The translations under genes were made by a program, and so were the position numbers. 64,000 nt of DNA from Chloroflexota bacterium. GTDB taxonomy: Bacteria; Chloroflexota; Limnocylindria; Limnocylindrales; CSP1-4. Of the stretch, positions 45,000-54,399 are shown piece after piece. The notes below the pieces were generated by a model, which made no database searches, was not told the origin of the DNA, and saw nothing but the letters and a program-made list of their open reading frames with translations. Each line of letters starts with the position of its first letter. Position 1 is the first letter of the stretch. Location: contig JACPOS010000003.1 of assembly GCA_016191395.1 (NCBI GenBank), positions 107,100-171,099 of the forward strand, in the 5' to 3' direction.

Positions 45000-46276
45000 G
45001 AGGCGAGCGCCTTGGCGAGTGGCGTCGTCGGCCCCACCGGGTAGACGGCGATGTCGAACTCCGCGAGCGCATGCCGCAGCGCACGCCACTGCTGCGCGGT
45101 GGGCGTCCCATCGGTGGCCTTCTGGCCGGCGGGTCGGGGCGCCGGCGCCTCGGCGGACGTGCCGGCGCGCTCACCGGCGAGCTCCTGCTCGTGGCGCTCG
45201 AACGCGGGAATGTCCAGCGAGATCACCACGCACGCGACGCCGCGGGAGCGCAGCGTCGAGAGCGGCTTCACCCACTCCCGGCTGAGCGACGCGGTGATCA
45301 CGATCGCGGTCATTCCACGGCGAATGCGTGCCAGGCTGCCGACAAGCGCCTCCGAGAGCGGTATCGCGCCGTCGCCCTCGACGGCCGCCAGCAGCTGCAT
45401 CACCTTCAGGTGCTGGCGCCCGCCGCGGTCCGGCTGCAGCTGCGCGAGGCGGTGGGCGTTCACCGTCATGCCCACCGCGCGGTTCTCGACGAGGGCCTTG
45501 TCCGCGACGGCAGCGGCGGCGCGGACGGCGACCTCGACCGTCGATTCGTCGCCGGTGCCACGCTGCACGCTGCGCTCAAGGTCCAGCATGACCCACGCAT
45601 CGGCCGTCTGCTCCAGGTCGAACTCCTTGACCTGGATGTCGCCGTGGCGCGCCGTGGACTTCCAGTGGATCCGGTTGAACGCGTCACCCGGCGCCCAGGG
45701 CCGGACGGTCGTCGCCAGCGGCGTGGACTGGAGCGTCCGCTCGCGCATCGCGTGGCTGCCGTCGAGGTTGGATGCCGGCAGGCGCCAGAGCGGCACCGGC
45801 TCCAGGCGCGGGTACACGGTCACGTTGATCCCGGAGCCAACCGATGCCGACGACTCGAAGAACCCGAACGGGTCGCCCGTGCGGATCTGGAGCGGCTCGA
45901 TGCGGAAGTGGCCCCGCCGGGTCAGCGGCGTCCGGATGAGCCACGACCGCTCGGTCCGGCCACCGAGGGCGATCGCGCGGCCGGGCAGACCGGCCGGGAG
46001 CGAGGTCGGGTTGTGGATCTCCAGCCACGGCTTGGCGATGCGGCTGGTGTTCCGGAGCGTGTACGTCACCCGGATGCGATCACCGACGTGGCCGGACAGC
46101 TGGTTCACGGCGTAGCCGGCCTCGAGGTCCGCGAGGCCCAACCGCGTCAGCAGGTACGAGCCACCCACGACGAGGACGCCGAGGTACACGAGGTAGAACA
46201 GGAATGGCTCGCCCGTCGAGAACGCGGCGAACACGAGGATCGCCGCGAGGATCAGCAGCTGCAGGCGTCTGAACAT
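44996..46276 (-). CDS. DUF58-domain protein (vWA-like, MoxR-associated)
   Basis: 426-aa ORF. Two N-terminal TM helices and the DAFNRIHWKSTARHGDIQVKEF DUF58 signature. Confidence 0.85.
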   Translation of the reverse strand: MFRRLQLLILAAILVFAAFSTGEPFLFYLVYLGVLVVGGSYLLTRLGLADLEAGYAVNQLSGHVGDRIRVTYTLRNTSRIAKPWLEIHNPTSLPAGLPGRAIALGGRTERSWLIRTPLTRRGHFRIEPLQIRTGDPFGFFESSASVGSGINVTVYPRLEPVPLWRLPASNLDGSHAMRERTLQSTPLATTVRPWAPGDAFNRIHWKSTARHGDIQVKEFDLEQTADAWVMLDLERSVQRGTGDESTVEVAVRAAAAVADKALVENRAVGMTVNAHRLAQLQPDRGGRQHLKVMQLLAAVEGDGAIPLSEALVGSLARIRRGMTAIVITASLSREWVKPLSTLRSRGVACVVISLDIPAFERHEQELAGERAGTSAEAPAPRPAGQKATDGTPTAQQWRALRHALAEFDIAVYPVGPTTPLAKALAS

Positions 46277-46322
46277 GCCGTTCCTGTCCGAGCTTTCCGG
46301 ATCTCCCCTGGCCTCGTCTCGC

Positions 46323-47339
46323 TCAGCTCTCGGCGCTGTGCGATCGGACGGACGGCTTGGAGGGGTTCAGGCCGGCGACGGCATGCTCCTTGATCGCGCC
46401 GACCGAAGTGGACTCCAGCAGCTCGCGGACGACCTGCGCCGGCTGGACGTCGTGGATTGATGACGAAGTCTTGATGATCAGTCGGTGGGCCAGCGCGGCC
46501 TCCGCGAGGGCCTTCACGTCATCCGGAATCACGTAGTCCCGGCCCAGCAGCCCGGCGAGGGCCTGGCCCGCGCGATACAGCGCGATGGAGCCGCGCGGCG
46601 AGGCGCCGAGGTAGATGTCGCCGTGGTCGCGGGTGCCGTTGACAAGGCGGACGATGTAGTCGGCGACCGTCGGATCCACGTAGATCTCGCGGACGGCCTT
46701 CTGCATCTCCTTGAGCTCGTCGACGGAGCAGACGACCTCCAGCTCGTCGATCGGGTGGCTCCTCTTCTGCTCGTCGAGGATCACGACCTCCTCGACCGGC
46801 TGGGGGTACCCGAGCTTGATCCGGAGCATGAACCGGTCGAGCTGCGCTTCGGGCAGGGCGAACGTGCCCTCGTACTCGATTGGGTTCTGGGTGGCGATCA
46901 CGAGGAACGGGTCCGGCATCATGTAGGTCGTCCCGTCGACCGTCGCCTGGCGCTCCTCCATGCACTCCAGCAGTGCGGACTGCGTCTTGGGCGTGGCGCG
47001 ATTGATCTCGTCCGCGAGCACGACCTGGGCCATGATCGGGCCCGGCCGGAACTCGAACTCCTGGGTCTTCTGGTTGTAGATCGAGAGGCCGGTGACGTCC
47101 GAGGGCAGCAGGTCGGGCGTGAACTGGATTCGCCGGAACGAGCAGCCGAGGCTCTTGGCAATGGCCTTCGCGAGGACGGTCTTGCCGGTGCCCGGGACGT
47201 CCTCGATCAGGACATGGCCCCGGCACAGCAGCGCGACGAGGGCGAAGCGGACTTCGTTGTGCTTGCCCACGATCACGCGCTCGACGTTGGCGAGGACGCG
47301 ATCGCCCGTCTCCTGGATCTTCGTCATCTGGCTCCCCAT
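46323..47339 (-). CDS. MoxR-family AAA+ ATPase
   Basis: 338-aa ORF with [13 protein letters not shown] and [18 protein letters not shown] motifs. Confidence 0.92.
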   Translation of the reverse strand: MGSQMTKIQETGDRVLANVERVIVGKHNEVRFALVALLCRGHVLIEDVPGTGKTVLAKAIAKSLGCSFRRIQFTPDLLPSDVTGLSIYNQKTQEFEFRPGPIMAQVVLADEINRATPKTQSALLECMEERQATVDGTTYMMPDPFLVIATQNPIEYEGTFALPEAQLDRFMLRIKLGYPQPVEEVVILDEQKRSHPIDELEVVCSVDELKEMQKAVREIYVDPTVADYIVRLVNGTRDHGDIYLGASPRGSIALYRAGQALAGLLGRDYVIPDDVKALAEAALAHRLIIKTSSSIHDVQPAQVVRELLESTSVGAIKEHAVAGLNPSKPSVRSHSAES

Positions 47340-47415
47340 AGCGGCCGGCGTGATGTCACGGGATGGTACGACGCGAGTGCCGGAACGGTTCCCGAAAGTT
47401 TTCGATTTCGATCGA

Positions 47416-47643
47416 TCAACCGCGGCGTACGGACGTTGCCGCCGCCCACAGGGTCATCAATGCACCGATGCCTGCCATCGCACCCAGGAAGATCTCCCCG
47501 CCGGCGAGTGCCGCGAGCGAGATCGCCCCGAACAGGCCCACCACCACGACCGCGATCGCAGCCAGGCCGATGCGCTCGATCAGCGGCCGCTGATCGGCGC
47601 GCCGGGCACCGTGGCCCGGCGGCACATCCGGTTCCGCGGTCAC
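47416..47643 (-). CDS. Small two-TM hypothetical membrane protein
   Basis: 75-aa ORF. The GTG start overlaps the PBP stop (GTGA). Two hydrophobic helices. Confidence 0.5.
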   Translation of the reverse strand: MTAEPDVPPGHGARRADQRPLIERIGLAAIAVVVVGLFGAISLAALAGGEIFLGAMAGIGALMTLWAAATSVRRG

Positions 47644-49295
47644 CCGTTGCTCCAGTCGCGCCAGGCGCGGAGCAGGTCACCCGCGATCGGCGATGCCTTC
47701 ACCGATCCGCCGCCGGAGTTCTCCACAAGCACCGCGATCGCCACCTGCGGATCCTCGTACGGTGCGAACCCGATGAACCATGAGTGCGGCGACACGCCAG
47801 GTCCCAGCTCCGCCGTGCCGGACTTGCCCGCCACGGTCAGTCCCTTCACGGCGGCGCCGGCCGTGTACGCGCGGCCGAGGTCGCCATTGACCGCGAGGCG
47901 CATGGCGGAGGCGATCTCCGCGGCGATGCCCGGCGCAACGGCCCGATCCATCGTGGTCGGCTGGATCGTGGTCGTGCCGCCCTTGCCCGTCGCCTCGAGC
48001 ACCAGGTGCGGCTGCATCAGCTCCCCGTCGTTCGCGATCGTCGCGGCGACGAGCGCCATCTGGAGCGGCGTGACGAGGGTCTCCGCCTGGCCGTAGCCCG
48101 CGTTCGCGAGCTCCACGCGGTCGGTGAACCCGCCACCGAACGAGCCGCCGCCGTTGGTGACCTGCGACGTGGCGGTCGGCAGGTCGAACGGGAGCGGACT
48201 GCCGAAGCCGAGGCGGCCCGCCCAGTCGGCGAGGGGCGCGCCGCCGGTCCGGACGGCCGTCTCGGCGAAATAGATGTTGCAGGACACCTCGATCGCCTCC
48301 TGGAAGTCGAGCGCCCTGGAGCCGGTGGCGGCGTGGTGGCCGTCGCGAACGCGGAAGCCGTCGACGAGCCACCCGGACTTCTCGGCGGCGGGCTGGTCCG
48401 CGTAGGTCGTGCCCGGGTTGATCGCCCCGCTCCCGAGGGCCGCGATCGCGGTAACGATCTTGAACACCGACCCGGGCACGTACAGGCCCGCCGTGGCGCG
48501 TGGCAGCAGCGGTTGGCGATCGTCCGCTCTCAGCTTATCGAAGGTCTTCGCGGCGGTCGCGGGATCCGCCACGGCGGAGGGGTCGAAGGTCGGGGTCGAG
48601 ACGAGCGCGAGCACCTCGCCGGTCCGCGGATCCAGCATCACCACCGCGCCGCGGTTCTTGCCCAGTGCCGCCATCGCTGCCTGCTGCAGCTTGAGGACCA
48701 GCGTCGTCTTCAGCGACTGCGGATCGGACGGCTCCGCCCGAAACTTGCGGGTGAGCTCGCGCAGCGGGTCCGTGGAGATGACTCCGCTCAGCTGCGCGTT
48801 CCAGGCGCTCTCCAGGCCGGTGGTCCCGTACTGGCGCGATGCGTAGCCGATCACCGGGGCGAGCGCCGAAGACGCGTAGACCCGATACGGCTCGCCGTTC
48901 TTGTCGCGCTTGTTCCATGCCAGGCGCACGCCGTCGCGGTCGAAGATCTCCCCGCGAAGGACATTGCGCGCCGCGGCGATCACGGCGGCGTCGTCACCGG
49001 CGCTGCTCAGGTTTGCCGATTCGATGACCTGCCAGTAGCCGGCGCCGAGGGCGAGCCCACCGAACAGGAACGCCAGCAGGAGCGCCACGCGACCGAGCGC
49101 GGTCCCGATACCCACGCGCCGGCCCGACCATGACGGTGCGGAGCCCGAGACGGGGTAGGCGTGTGAGGGCACGCGCGGCGTTGGTGCGGGCTCTCCCGCC
49201 CGGTCGCGAGCTGGCCGGTTCGGGGGCTCGGTTGAGGGCTCCGGAGCCGTGTCCGGAGCCGGCTCCCGTGGCGCCTCGCTGCCCGGTCCGGCCAT
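47640..49295 (-). CDS. pbpA: Class B penicillin-binding protein (PBP2/PbpA-type transpeptidase)
   Basis: 551-aa ORF with SVFK (SxxK), SCN (SxN) and KSGTA (KTG) motifs and an N-terminal TM anchor. Confidence 0.9.
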   Translation of the reverse strand: MAGPGSEAPREPAPDTAPEPSTEPPNRPARDRAGEPAPTPRVPSHAYPVSGSAPSWSGRRVGIGTALGRVALLLAFLFGGLALGAGYWQVIESANLSSAGDDAAVIAAARNVLRGEIFDRDGVRLAWNKRDKNGEPYRVYASSALAPVIGYASRQYGTTGLESAWNAQLSGVISTDPLRELTRKFRAEPSDPQSLKTTLVLKLQQAAMAALGKNRGAVVMLDPRTGEVLALVSTPTFDPSAVADPATAAKTFDKLRADDRQPLLPRATAGLYVPGSVFKIVTAIAALGSGAINPGTTYADQPAAEKSGWLVDGFRVRDGHHAATGSRALDFQEAIEVSCNIYFAETAVRTGGAPLADWAGRLGFGSPLPFDLPTATSQVTNGGGSFGGGFTDRVELANAGYGQAETLVTPLQMALVAATIANDGELMQPHLVLEATGKGGTTTIQPTTMDRAVAPGIAAEIASAMRLAVNGDLGRAYTAGAAVKGLTVAGKSGTAELGPGVSPHSWFIGFAPYEDPQVAIAVLVENSGGGSVKASPIAGDLLRAWRDWSNG

Positions 49296-50749
49296 CAGGC
49301 CGCCCCTCGATCCAGCATCCGCCGGATCCGCCCGAGTCGCCGCGGCGGCGGCAGTGGATCCCGCGTCCGTTCCGAGAGCGCGATCAGCAGGCCCACGATC
49401 ACCGCGTTCGCGAGCAGCGAGGAGCCGCCATAGCTCACGAAGGGCAGCGTGATGCCGGTCAGCGGGATCAGCTTCAGGTTGCCGCCGGCGATGATGAACG
49501 CCTGGACCCCGATGACCAGCGACAGGCCCGCGGCGAGGATCGCGCGGAACTCGTCCTGTGCCGCCGATGCGATCCGCAGCCCGCGCTCAACGAGCACGAG
49601 GTACAGCCCGAGGATCGCGAGGATTCCCACGAGCCCAAGCTCCTCGCCGAGCGCGGCAAACGGAAAGTCCGTGTGCAGCGCCGGGATCGGCGGCCGGCCG
49701 GCGATCGTCGGCAGCCCACCGCCGAGCCCCGTCCCGATCAGCCCACCGCGCGCGAACGCATGGAGCGCCTGGACCACCTGGTAGCCGGCGCCGTTCGGAT
49801 CGGCGAAGGGATCCAGCCAGATGTCGATGCGGGTGCGGACGTGGCCGAAGAGGAAGTACAGCGCGGCCGCCCCCACGACGAACGCGCCGAGGCCCAGCAC
49901 GACGTACCCCACGCGCGCGGTGGACACGTACAGCAGCAGCAGGAACACGGCGAAGAACAGCAGGGCCGCACCGAGGTCCCGCTGCACGATCACGATGCCA
50001 AGGGCGATCGTCCACATGGCGACCATCGGCGCCAGGTACGGCAGCGGCGGCAGCCGGAGCGGGCCGATCCGCGTGGACTCCTCCACGAGCAGGCGACGGT
50101 TCTCGGAGAGGTAGCCCGCGAGGAAGACGACGAGGATCACCTTCAGCAGCTCTGACGGCTGGCCGCTGAACGGGCCGATCGTCAGCGACAGCCGCGCGCC
50201 GTTCACATCGCGGCCGAACAGGAAGGTCATGAGCAGCAGCCCGACCCCGACCGCCGCCCACGTGTACTTGTAGCGGCGCAGCCACACGTCATTGCGCACC
50301 GCGATCGCAAGTCCGGCGATGATCGCCAGGCCGATCACCAGCCACACCAGCTGCGTGCTCGCGAGCCCACCCAGGCGCCCGGCGAGGTCCTGGGGGAGAC
50401 GCTCCATGAGGAGCAGCCCGATCCCGCCGAGCATGCCCACCGTGGGGAGGAGGATCTGGTCAGTGCGCCGCCCGGCGATGACCAGGGCCAGGTGCACGGC
50501 GAAGAGCGCCCCGAGGTACACGACGATGAAGGCGGGATCCGCCGGCCCCAGGAGATTCACGGAAGCGGGGTCGCCGTCGAGCTGGGCGGCCTTGAGGCGC
50601 TCCGTGGCCCCAAGCGACAGGCTGCCGATGAACAGCCCGATCGCGACCAGTGACAGGAGGCCAAGCTCGCGACCCCGGACGCGCGGCGTGATCCGGAACC
50701 GGCGCGCCTCGCGCCCGACCGCGCGCTGGCCGCTCGCCGCTGCCGTCAC
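49295..50749 (-). CDS. rodA: SEDS-family peptidoglycan glycosyltransferase (RodA/FtsW)
   Basis: 484-aa polytopic ORF with conserved SEDS C-terminal motifs (TDFPFAALGEELG, LPFVSYGGSS). Confidence 0.9.
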   Translation of the reverse strand: MTAAASGQRAVGREARRFRITPRVRGRELGLLSLVAIGLFIGSLSLGATERLKAAQLDGDPASVNLLGPADPAFIVVYLGALFAVHLALVIAGRRTDQILLPTVGMLGGIGLLLMERLPQDLAGRLGGLASTQLVWLVIGLAIIAGLAIAVRNDVWLRRYKYTWAAVGVGLLLMTFLFGRDVNGARLSLTIGPFSGQPSELLKVILVVFLAGYLSENRRLLVEESTRIGPLRLPPLPYLAPMVAMWTIALGIVIVQRDLGAALLFFAVFLLLLYVSTARVGYVVLGLGAFVVGAAALYFLFGHVRTRIDIWLDPFADPNGAGYQVVQALHAFARGGLIGTGLGGGLPTIAGRPPIPALHTDFPFAALGEELGLVGILAILGLYLVLVERGLRIASAAQDEFRAILAAGLSLVIGVQAFIIAGGNLKLIPLTGITLPFVSYGGSSLLANAVIVGLLIALSERTRDPLPPPRRLGRIRRMLDRGAA

Positions 50750-51183
50750 GTTCGTGCGCGCTCCAGCCGAAGTCGGGCCTGCCCGATCTGGATCTCGTCA
50801 CCGAACGCGATCGGGGCCAGCCCGTCGACCTGGCTGCCGTTCACGAACGTCCCATTCGTGGAGCCAAGGTCCTCCACGTACCAGGCGCGGCCGCGATAGG
50901 TCAGGGCGGCGTGGCTTGCCGACACGAACTCGTCGTCGAGGACGATCGCGTTGTTCACGTCGCGGCCGAGCGACGTGATGGCATCGAGGGCGAACACGGA
51001 TCCGGCCGCCGGCTCGCCGCTCGGCGACGCGACGACGACCAGCCTGCCCAGCTCGCGCACCGGCTCCCTGGCGGCGGATCGCAGGTCCCTGATCAGCGCC
51101 CGCACCACCATCCACAGGAACGCGTAGAGGATCGCGAGGAACAGCAGCCGGAGCACCCAGATCGCGAGGACGGCGGCATCCAT
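50746..51183 (-). CDS. Membrane-anchored FHA-domain protein (FhaB-like)
   Basis: 145-aa ORF with an N-terminal TM, then an FHA core (LGRDVNNAIVLDDEFVSASHAAL...GSTNGTFVNG). Confidence 0.85.
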   Translation of the reverse strand: MDAAVLAIWVLRLLFLAILYAFLWMVVRALIRDLRSAAREPVRELGRLVVVASPSGEPAAGSVFALDAITSLGRDVNNAIVLDDEFVSASHAALTYRGRAWYVEDLGSTNGTFVNGSQVDGLAPIAFGDEIQIGQARLRLERART

Positions 51184-51194
51184 GGCGGTTGGCG

Positions 51195-51938
51195 CTAGGA
51201 GCGCGCGCCGGTCCCGGCCGCGGCGGCCTCGACGACGAGGCTCGTATCGCCGATCTGGATCCGGTCACCGGCGCCCAGCACCATCTCGGTGACCCGGTGG
51301 CCGTTGACGCGCGTCCCGTTCGTTGAGCCAAGGTCGGTCAGCACGAGCACGCCGTCGCGGGCATGCAGTCGCGCATGGCGGCGCGAGGCGCGCGAATCCT
51401 TCAGCACGAGCTCGCACTCGGGCGCTCGGCCGATCCGGATCGGCGGCCCGGACATGGCGATCCGTCGTGCGGCGCGCCCGGGCTCGCGAACCTCGATCAC
51501 GACCTGCGGGGCGCGCACCACGGGCACCTCGAACACGCGGGTGCCGCTGTCCGCGTGCGCGTCGCTCACGGTGGGGTCCGAAGGTGGCGAGACGGCGGCG
51601 TGGACGTCCACCTCGCCGGGACGGAGCGCGGGGTCCGGCTGGAGCGTGACACGCGGCCGGTCCCGGAGTGCGTAGCCGTGGGCGCGCGCGAACGACAGTA
51701 CCCCGGACGCGAGCTCGCTGGCCAGCTCCTCGGCGGGAAGCAGGGCGGCAAGGTCCGTCGGGTGCAGGTGGACGGTGAACGCATCCGGGACGAGGCCGCG
51801 CGTGCCGCCCGCGTCGCGGCCGGCCTCCATCGCCCGCTCGATGCGCCGCAGCACCTGGATCGGCTGCAGCCGCGTTCGGAACAGGCGCGCACTGGGGCGT
51901 TCGACGAGGCGCTCGATGAAGCGCTCCACGCGTGACAT
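51195..51938 (-). CDS. DUF3662 plus FHA-domain protein (FhaA-like)
   Basis: ATG (MSRVERFIERLVE) at codon 25 of track ORF 51195..52010. C-terminal FHA (IRIGRAPECELVLKD...GSTNGTRVNG). Confidence 0.85.
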   Translation of the reverse strand: MSRVERFIERLVERPSARLFRTRLQPIQVLRRIERAMEAGRDAGGTRGLVPDAFTVHLHPTDLAALLPAEELASELASGVLSFARAHGYALRDRPRVTLQPDPALRPGEVDVHAAVSPPSDPTVSDAHADSGTRVFEVPVVRAPQVVIEVREPGRAARRIAMSGPPIRIGRAPECELVLKDSRASRRHARLHARDGVLVLTDLGSTNGTRVNGHRVTEMVLGAGDRIQIGDTSLVVEAAAAGTGARS

Positions 51939-52110
51939 GGCCCGCACGCGAGGGAGCCTACCAGAGGCCTCCGATCGGCCCCCGACCCATGCCAACGGTA
52001 CCCCTGTCACGTTCCGGGGGTACGAGCGGCGTCGATGGGCGACTTCGATCGGCCGGTATCATCTCGGTGGGCCCTGCCGGAGGCGGCGGGTCCGGACCCA
52101 CGGGGAGTCG

Positions 52111-53655
52111 ATGACCGAGATCCTGACGGAATCATTCTGCGAACGGTGCGGCACGCGCTACACGTTCGAGCCGGTGGAGAGCCGGCGCAAGCCGCTGTCC
52201 GCCATCGGCACGCTCGGACGCGGCATTCGCCATTTCGTCAGCGATCCGGGGTCGTCCCTCGACGAGGCGTTCGCAGTCGCGCGCTCGGAGAACGAGCAGC
52301 GCTCCACCGCCACCGCGCTGGAGGCGTTCCACCGGACCTTCAACTTCTGCCTCTCCTGCCGCCAGTACACCTGCGCCGACTGCTGGAACGCAGTCGAGGG
52401 CCGGTGCCTGAGCTGCGCACCCGTGCCGGGCGCGCCCGCCCCCGCGACCCGCGTGGACACTGCAGTTGCCCTGCCGCCGATGGACCTCGCACCCGCGCCC
52501 GCCCCGATGCACGACCACGGGGAGCACGCCCACGAGGTGGATGGCGCCGCCAAGGCCGAGGTCTCTGCGCCGGAAGCCGACTCCGAGGCAGCTGGACAGG
52601 CGGAAGCAGACGCGGCCGCGATCGCCGAGGCGGATGCTCGGACTGCCGCACAGGCGGCTGCCGAGGAGGTGGAGGCTGCCAAGGAGGCGGAGGCTGCCGC
52701 TGCGGCCGACGCGCAGGCACTCGCCGACGCGCAGGCACTCGCGGAGACCGAGGCTCGCGAGGCGGCTGAGGCGGCCGTCCAGGCCCAGGCCCAGGCCCAG
52801 GCCCGTGCCGCTGCCGAGGCAGAAGCAGAGGCCGAGGCTCGTGCGGCCGCGGAAGCCGCCGAAGCCGAGGCACGAGCGGCGGCCGAGGCGAAGGCTCGCG
52901 CCGAAGCGCAGGCCCAGGCAGAGGCGGTCGCCGCCGCTCTTGCGGCGGCCGAAGCCGCCGCCGTGGCGGCGATGGAGGCGGCCGAGGCGAAGGCCGCGGC
53001 CGAGTCGGCGGCACGTGACCAAGCCGAGGCCGAGGCGAGGGCGGAAGCCGAGGCGCGAGAGGCCGCCGCCGCGCAGGCTGCGCTCGTGTTCGAGCCGGGT
53101 CTCAACCTCGACGAGCAGATCGCGGAGTTCGAGCGCCGGCAGGCAGCCGGGTCACTCGCTCCGGCAGCGGTCGACGCGGAGCCGGTCGTCATGGCAGCCG
53201 AGCCTGAGCCCGAGGCTGCGGAACCTGCGCCTGAGGCTGCGGAACCTGCGCCTGAGGTCGCACAGGAGGCTGCGGCGATCGTCGACGAGCCGGCAGTTGC
53301 GGCCGCCGAGCCGGAGCCGGTCATGGCCGCGCCGGAGCCGGTCCTCGGGGAGCAAGCTGCGCCCGCGTTCGAGCCCATCCCGACGGCGATCGGCACGCCG
53401 ATCCCGGCCTCCGCGGGACCCGTGACCTGGCCGGAGCCCGAGCTCGCCGTTGCTGAGTACGAGCCGCACTGGCCGGACCTCCCGGTCCCGCAGGGGGCCA
53501 CCGCGCCCCAGCACGGGGCCGGGCTGCCGGCTGCCGAGGCAGCTCCCCTGCCCGCCCCCGCGCGCGCATGCCCGTCGTGCGGGCTGTCACTGTCGGCGAG
53601 CGCGCGGTTCTGCCGCCGGTGCGGCACCCCGCAGCAGGTGGACGCCTCGAGCTGA
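52111..53655 (+). CDS. Zinc-ribbon protein with long Ala/Glu-rich and Pro/Glu-rich low-complexity core
   Basis: ATG (MTEILTESFCERCG) at codon 113 of track ORF 51775..53655; 514 aa. Four N-terminal CxxC pairs and two C-terminal ones (CPSC...CRRC), flanking about 180 aa of AEAEA-type sequence. Confidence 0.75.
   Translation: MTEILTESFCERCGTRYTFEPVESRRKPLSAIGTLGRGIRHFVSDPGSSLDEAFAVARSENEQRSTATALEAFHRTFNFCLSCRQYTCADCWNAVEGRCLSCAPVPGAPAPATRVDTAVALPPMDLAPAPAPMHDHGEHAHEVDGAAKAEVSAPEADSEAAGQAEADAAAIAEADARTAAQAAAEEVEAAKEAEAAAAADAQALADAQALAETEAREAAEAAVQAQAQAQARAAAEAEAEAEARAAAEAAEAEARAAAEAKARAEAQAQAEAVAAALAAAEAAAVAAMEAAEAKAAAESAARDQAEAEARAEAEAREAAAAQAALVFEPGLNLDEQIAEFERRQAAGSLAPAAVDAEPVVMAAEPEPEAAEPAPEAAEPAPEVAQEAAAIVDEPAVAAAEPEPVMAAPEPVLGEQAAPAFEPIPTAIGTPIPASAGPVTWPEPELAVAEYEPHWPDLPVPQGATAPQHGAGLPAAEAAPLPAPARACPSCGLSLSASARFCRRCGTPQQVDASS
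52543..53085 (+). repeat. Coding low-complexity region (GAG/GCN periodic), including (CAGGCC)x4 at about 52777-52806
   Basis: Read directly. It encodes AEA/AQA-type repeats of the zinc-ribbon protein. It is not a CRISPR or an interspersed repeat. Confidence 0.8.
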
Positions 53656-53664
53656 GGCGCCGGG

Positions 53665-54399
53665 TCAGGCCAGGTCGGACCGGGCCCCGGACGGGGTCTG
53701 GCGGGACGCCCGGTCGCGGACCCAGGCAGCGCCGAAGAGCAGCGCCTGGAATGACAGGCCAAGCCACAGCAGCGCAGCGAAGGCCGTGGCCAGCGTGCCG
53801 ATGAACGCCGCCGCGCCGATCAGCCTCGGGGCCAGGAACACGAACAGGCTGGCCAGGACCGTCAGCGCGAGGCCCGCGGCGATCCCGGGCACCACCACCG
53901 CACGCCACGGCGGCGATGGGATCGGCACGATCCGGTAGACGAGCATCGTGAGGCCGATGGTCGCGATGATCGGCAGCAGCCCGAGGGCGATCGCCAGAAC
54001 GTCGCTGATCACTCGCAGCTCGCCCGAGCGGACCCCGGCGTCGACGATGGCGAGCAGCCCGGACAGCAGCGTGCTCAGGACGAGGACGCCGATCAGGAGC
54101 ACGACCGCGGCAAGCGCGGTGAGGTTGCTCAGGACGAGCCCGCGTCGTCGATCGCCACCCATCGCGCGTGCGATCGCGTCCTCGAACGCCACGACGAACC
54201 GGCTCGTGCCCCAGACCAAGATGACCGCACCCACGATCGACACGGGCGCGGCGGACCGCGCCGCCTCCGCGAGCACCGCCTCGATCAGGTCGTGGAGCGG
54301 CGGCAGGACGCCGACGACGACGTCGACCGCCTTTGCCTGCTCGGCCGGGTCGGCGAAGACGAGGCCGATGACGCCGGCGATCAGGAGCAGGCCCGGCAC
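53665..54399 (-). CDS. YihY/BrkB-family membrane protein (N-terminus probably extends upstream)
   Basis: 244-aa track ORF from a GTG. The conserved YihY N-terminal sequence (LDRYNAAGGGLLAGGLAYAALFAI) continues in frame upstream with no ATG, GTG or TTG. CTG at 54567 overlaps the upstream stop (CTGA) and would give 300 aa. Confidence 0.75.
   Translation of the reverse strand: MPGLLLIAGVIGLVFADPAEQAKAVDVVVGVLPPLHDLIEAVLAEAARSAAPVSIVGAVILVWGTSRFVVAFEDAIARAMGGDRRRGLVLSNLTALAAVVLLIGVLVLSTLLSGLLAIVDAGVRSGELRVISDVLAIALGLLPIIATIGLTMLVYRIVPIPSPPWRAVVVPGIAAGLALTVLASLFVFLAPRLIGAAAFIGTLATAFAALLWLGLSFQALLFGAAWVRDRASRQTPSGARSDLA

Noticed and set aside
47355-47400. The GGAAC-C-GTTCC palindrome upstream of moxR as a second LexA box.
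   Set aside because: The spacing is N1, not the N4 required for the GAAC-N4-GTTC SOS box. It is more likely a small hairpin or an unrelated operator.
52543-53340. Periodic short repeats that might suggest a CRISPR array or satellite.
   Set aside because: The repeats are 6-nt codon-level periodicity inside a coding region. There are no 25-40-nt direct repeats with unique spacers and no cas genes.
52158-53762. A 534-aa minus-strand ORF rich in Ala/Ser, opposite the Ala/Glu-rich zinc-ribbon gene.
   Set aside because: The plus-strand frame has a good ATG, six CxxC zinc-ribbon pairs at both ends and a sensible domain layout. The minus frame is featureless AAASAS repeat sequence generated by the complement of GAG/GCN codons.
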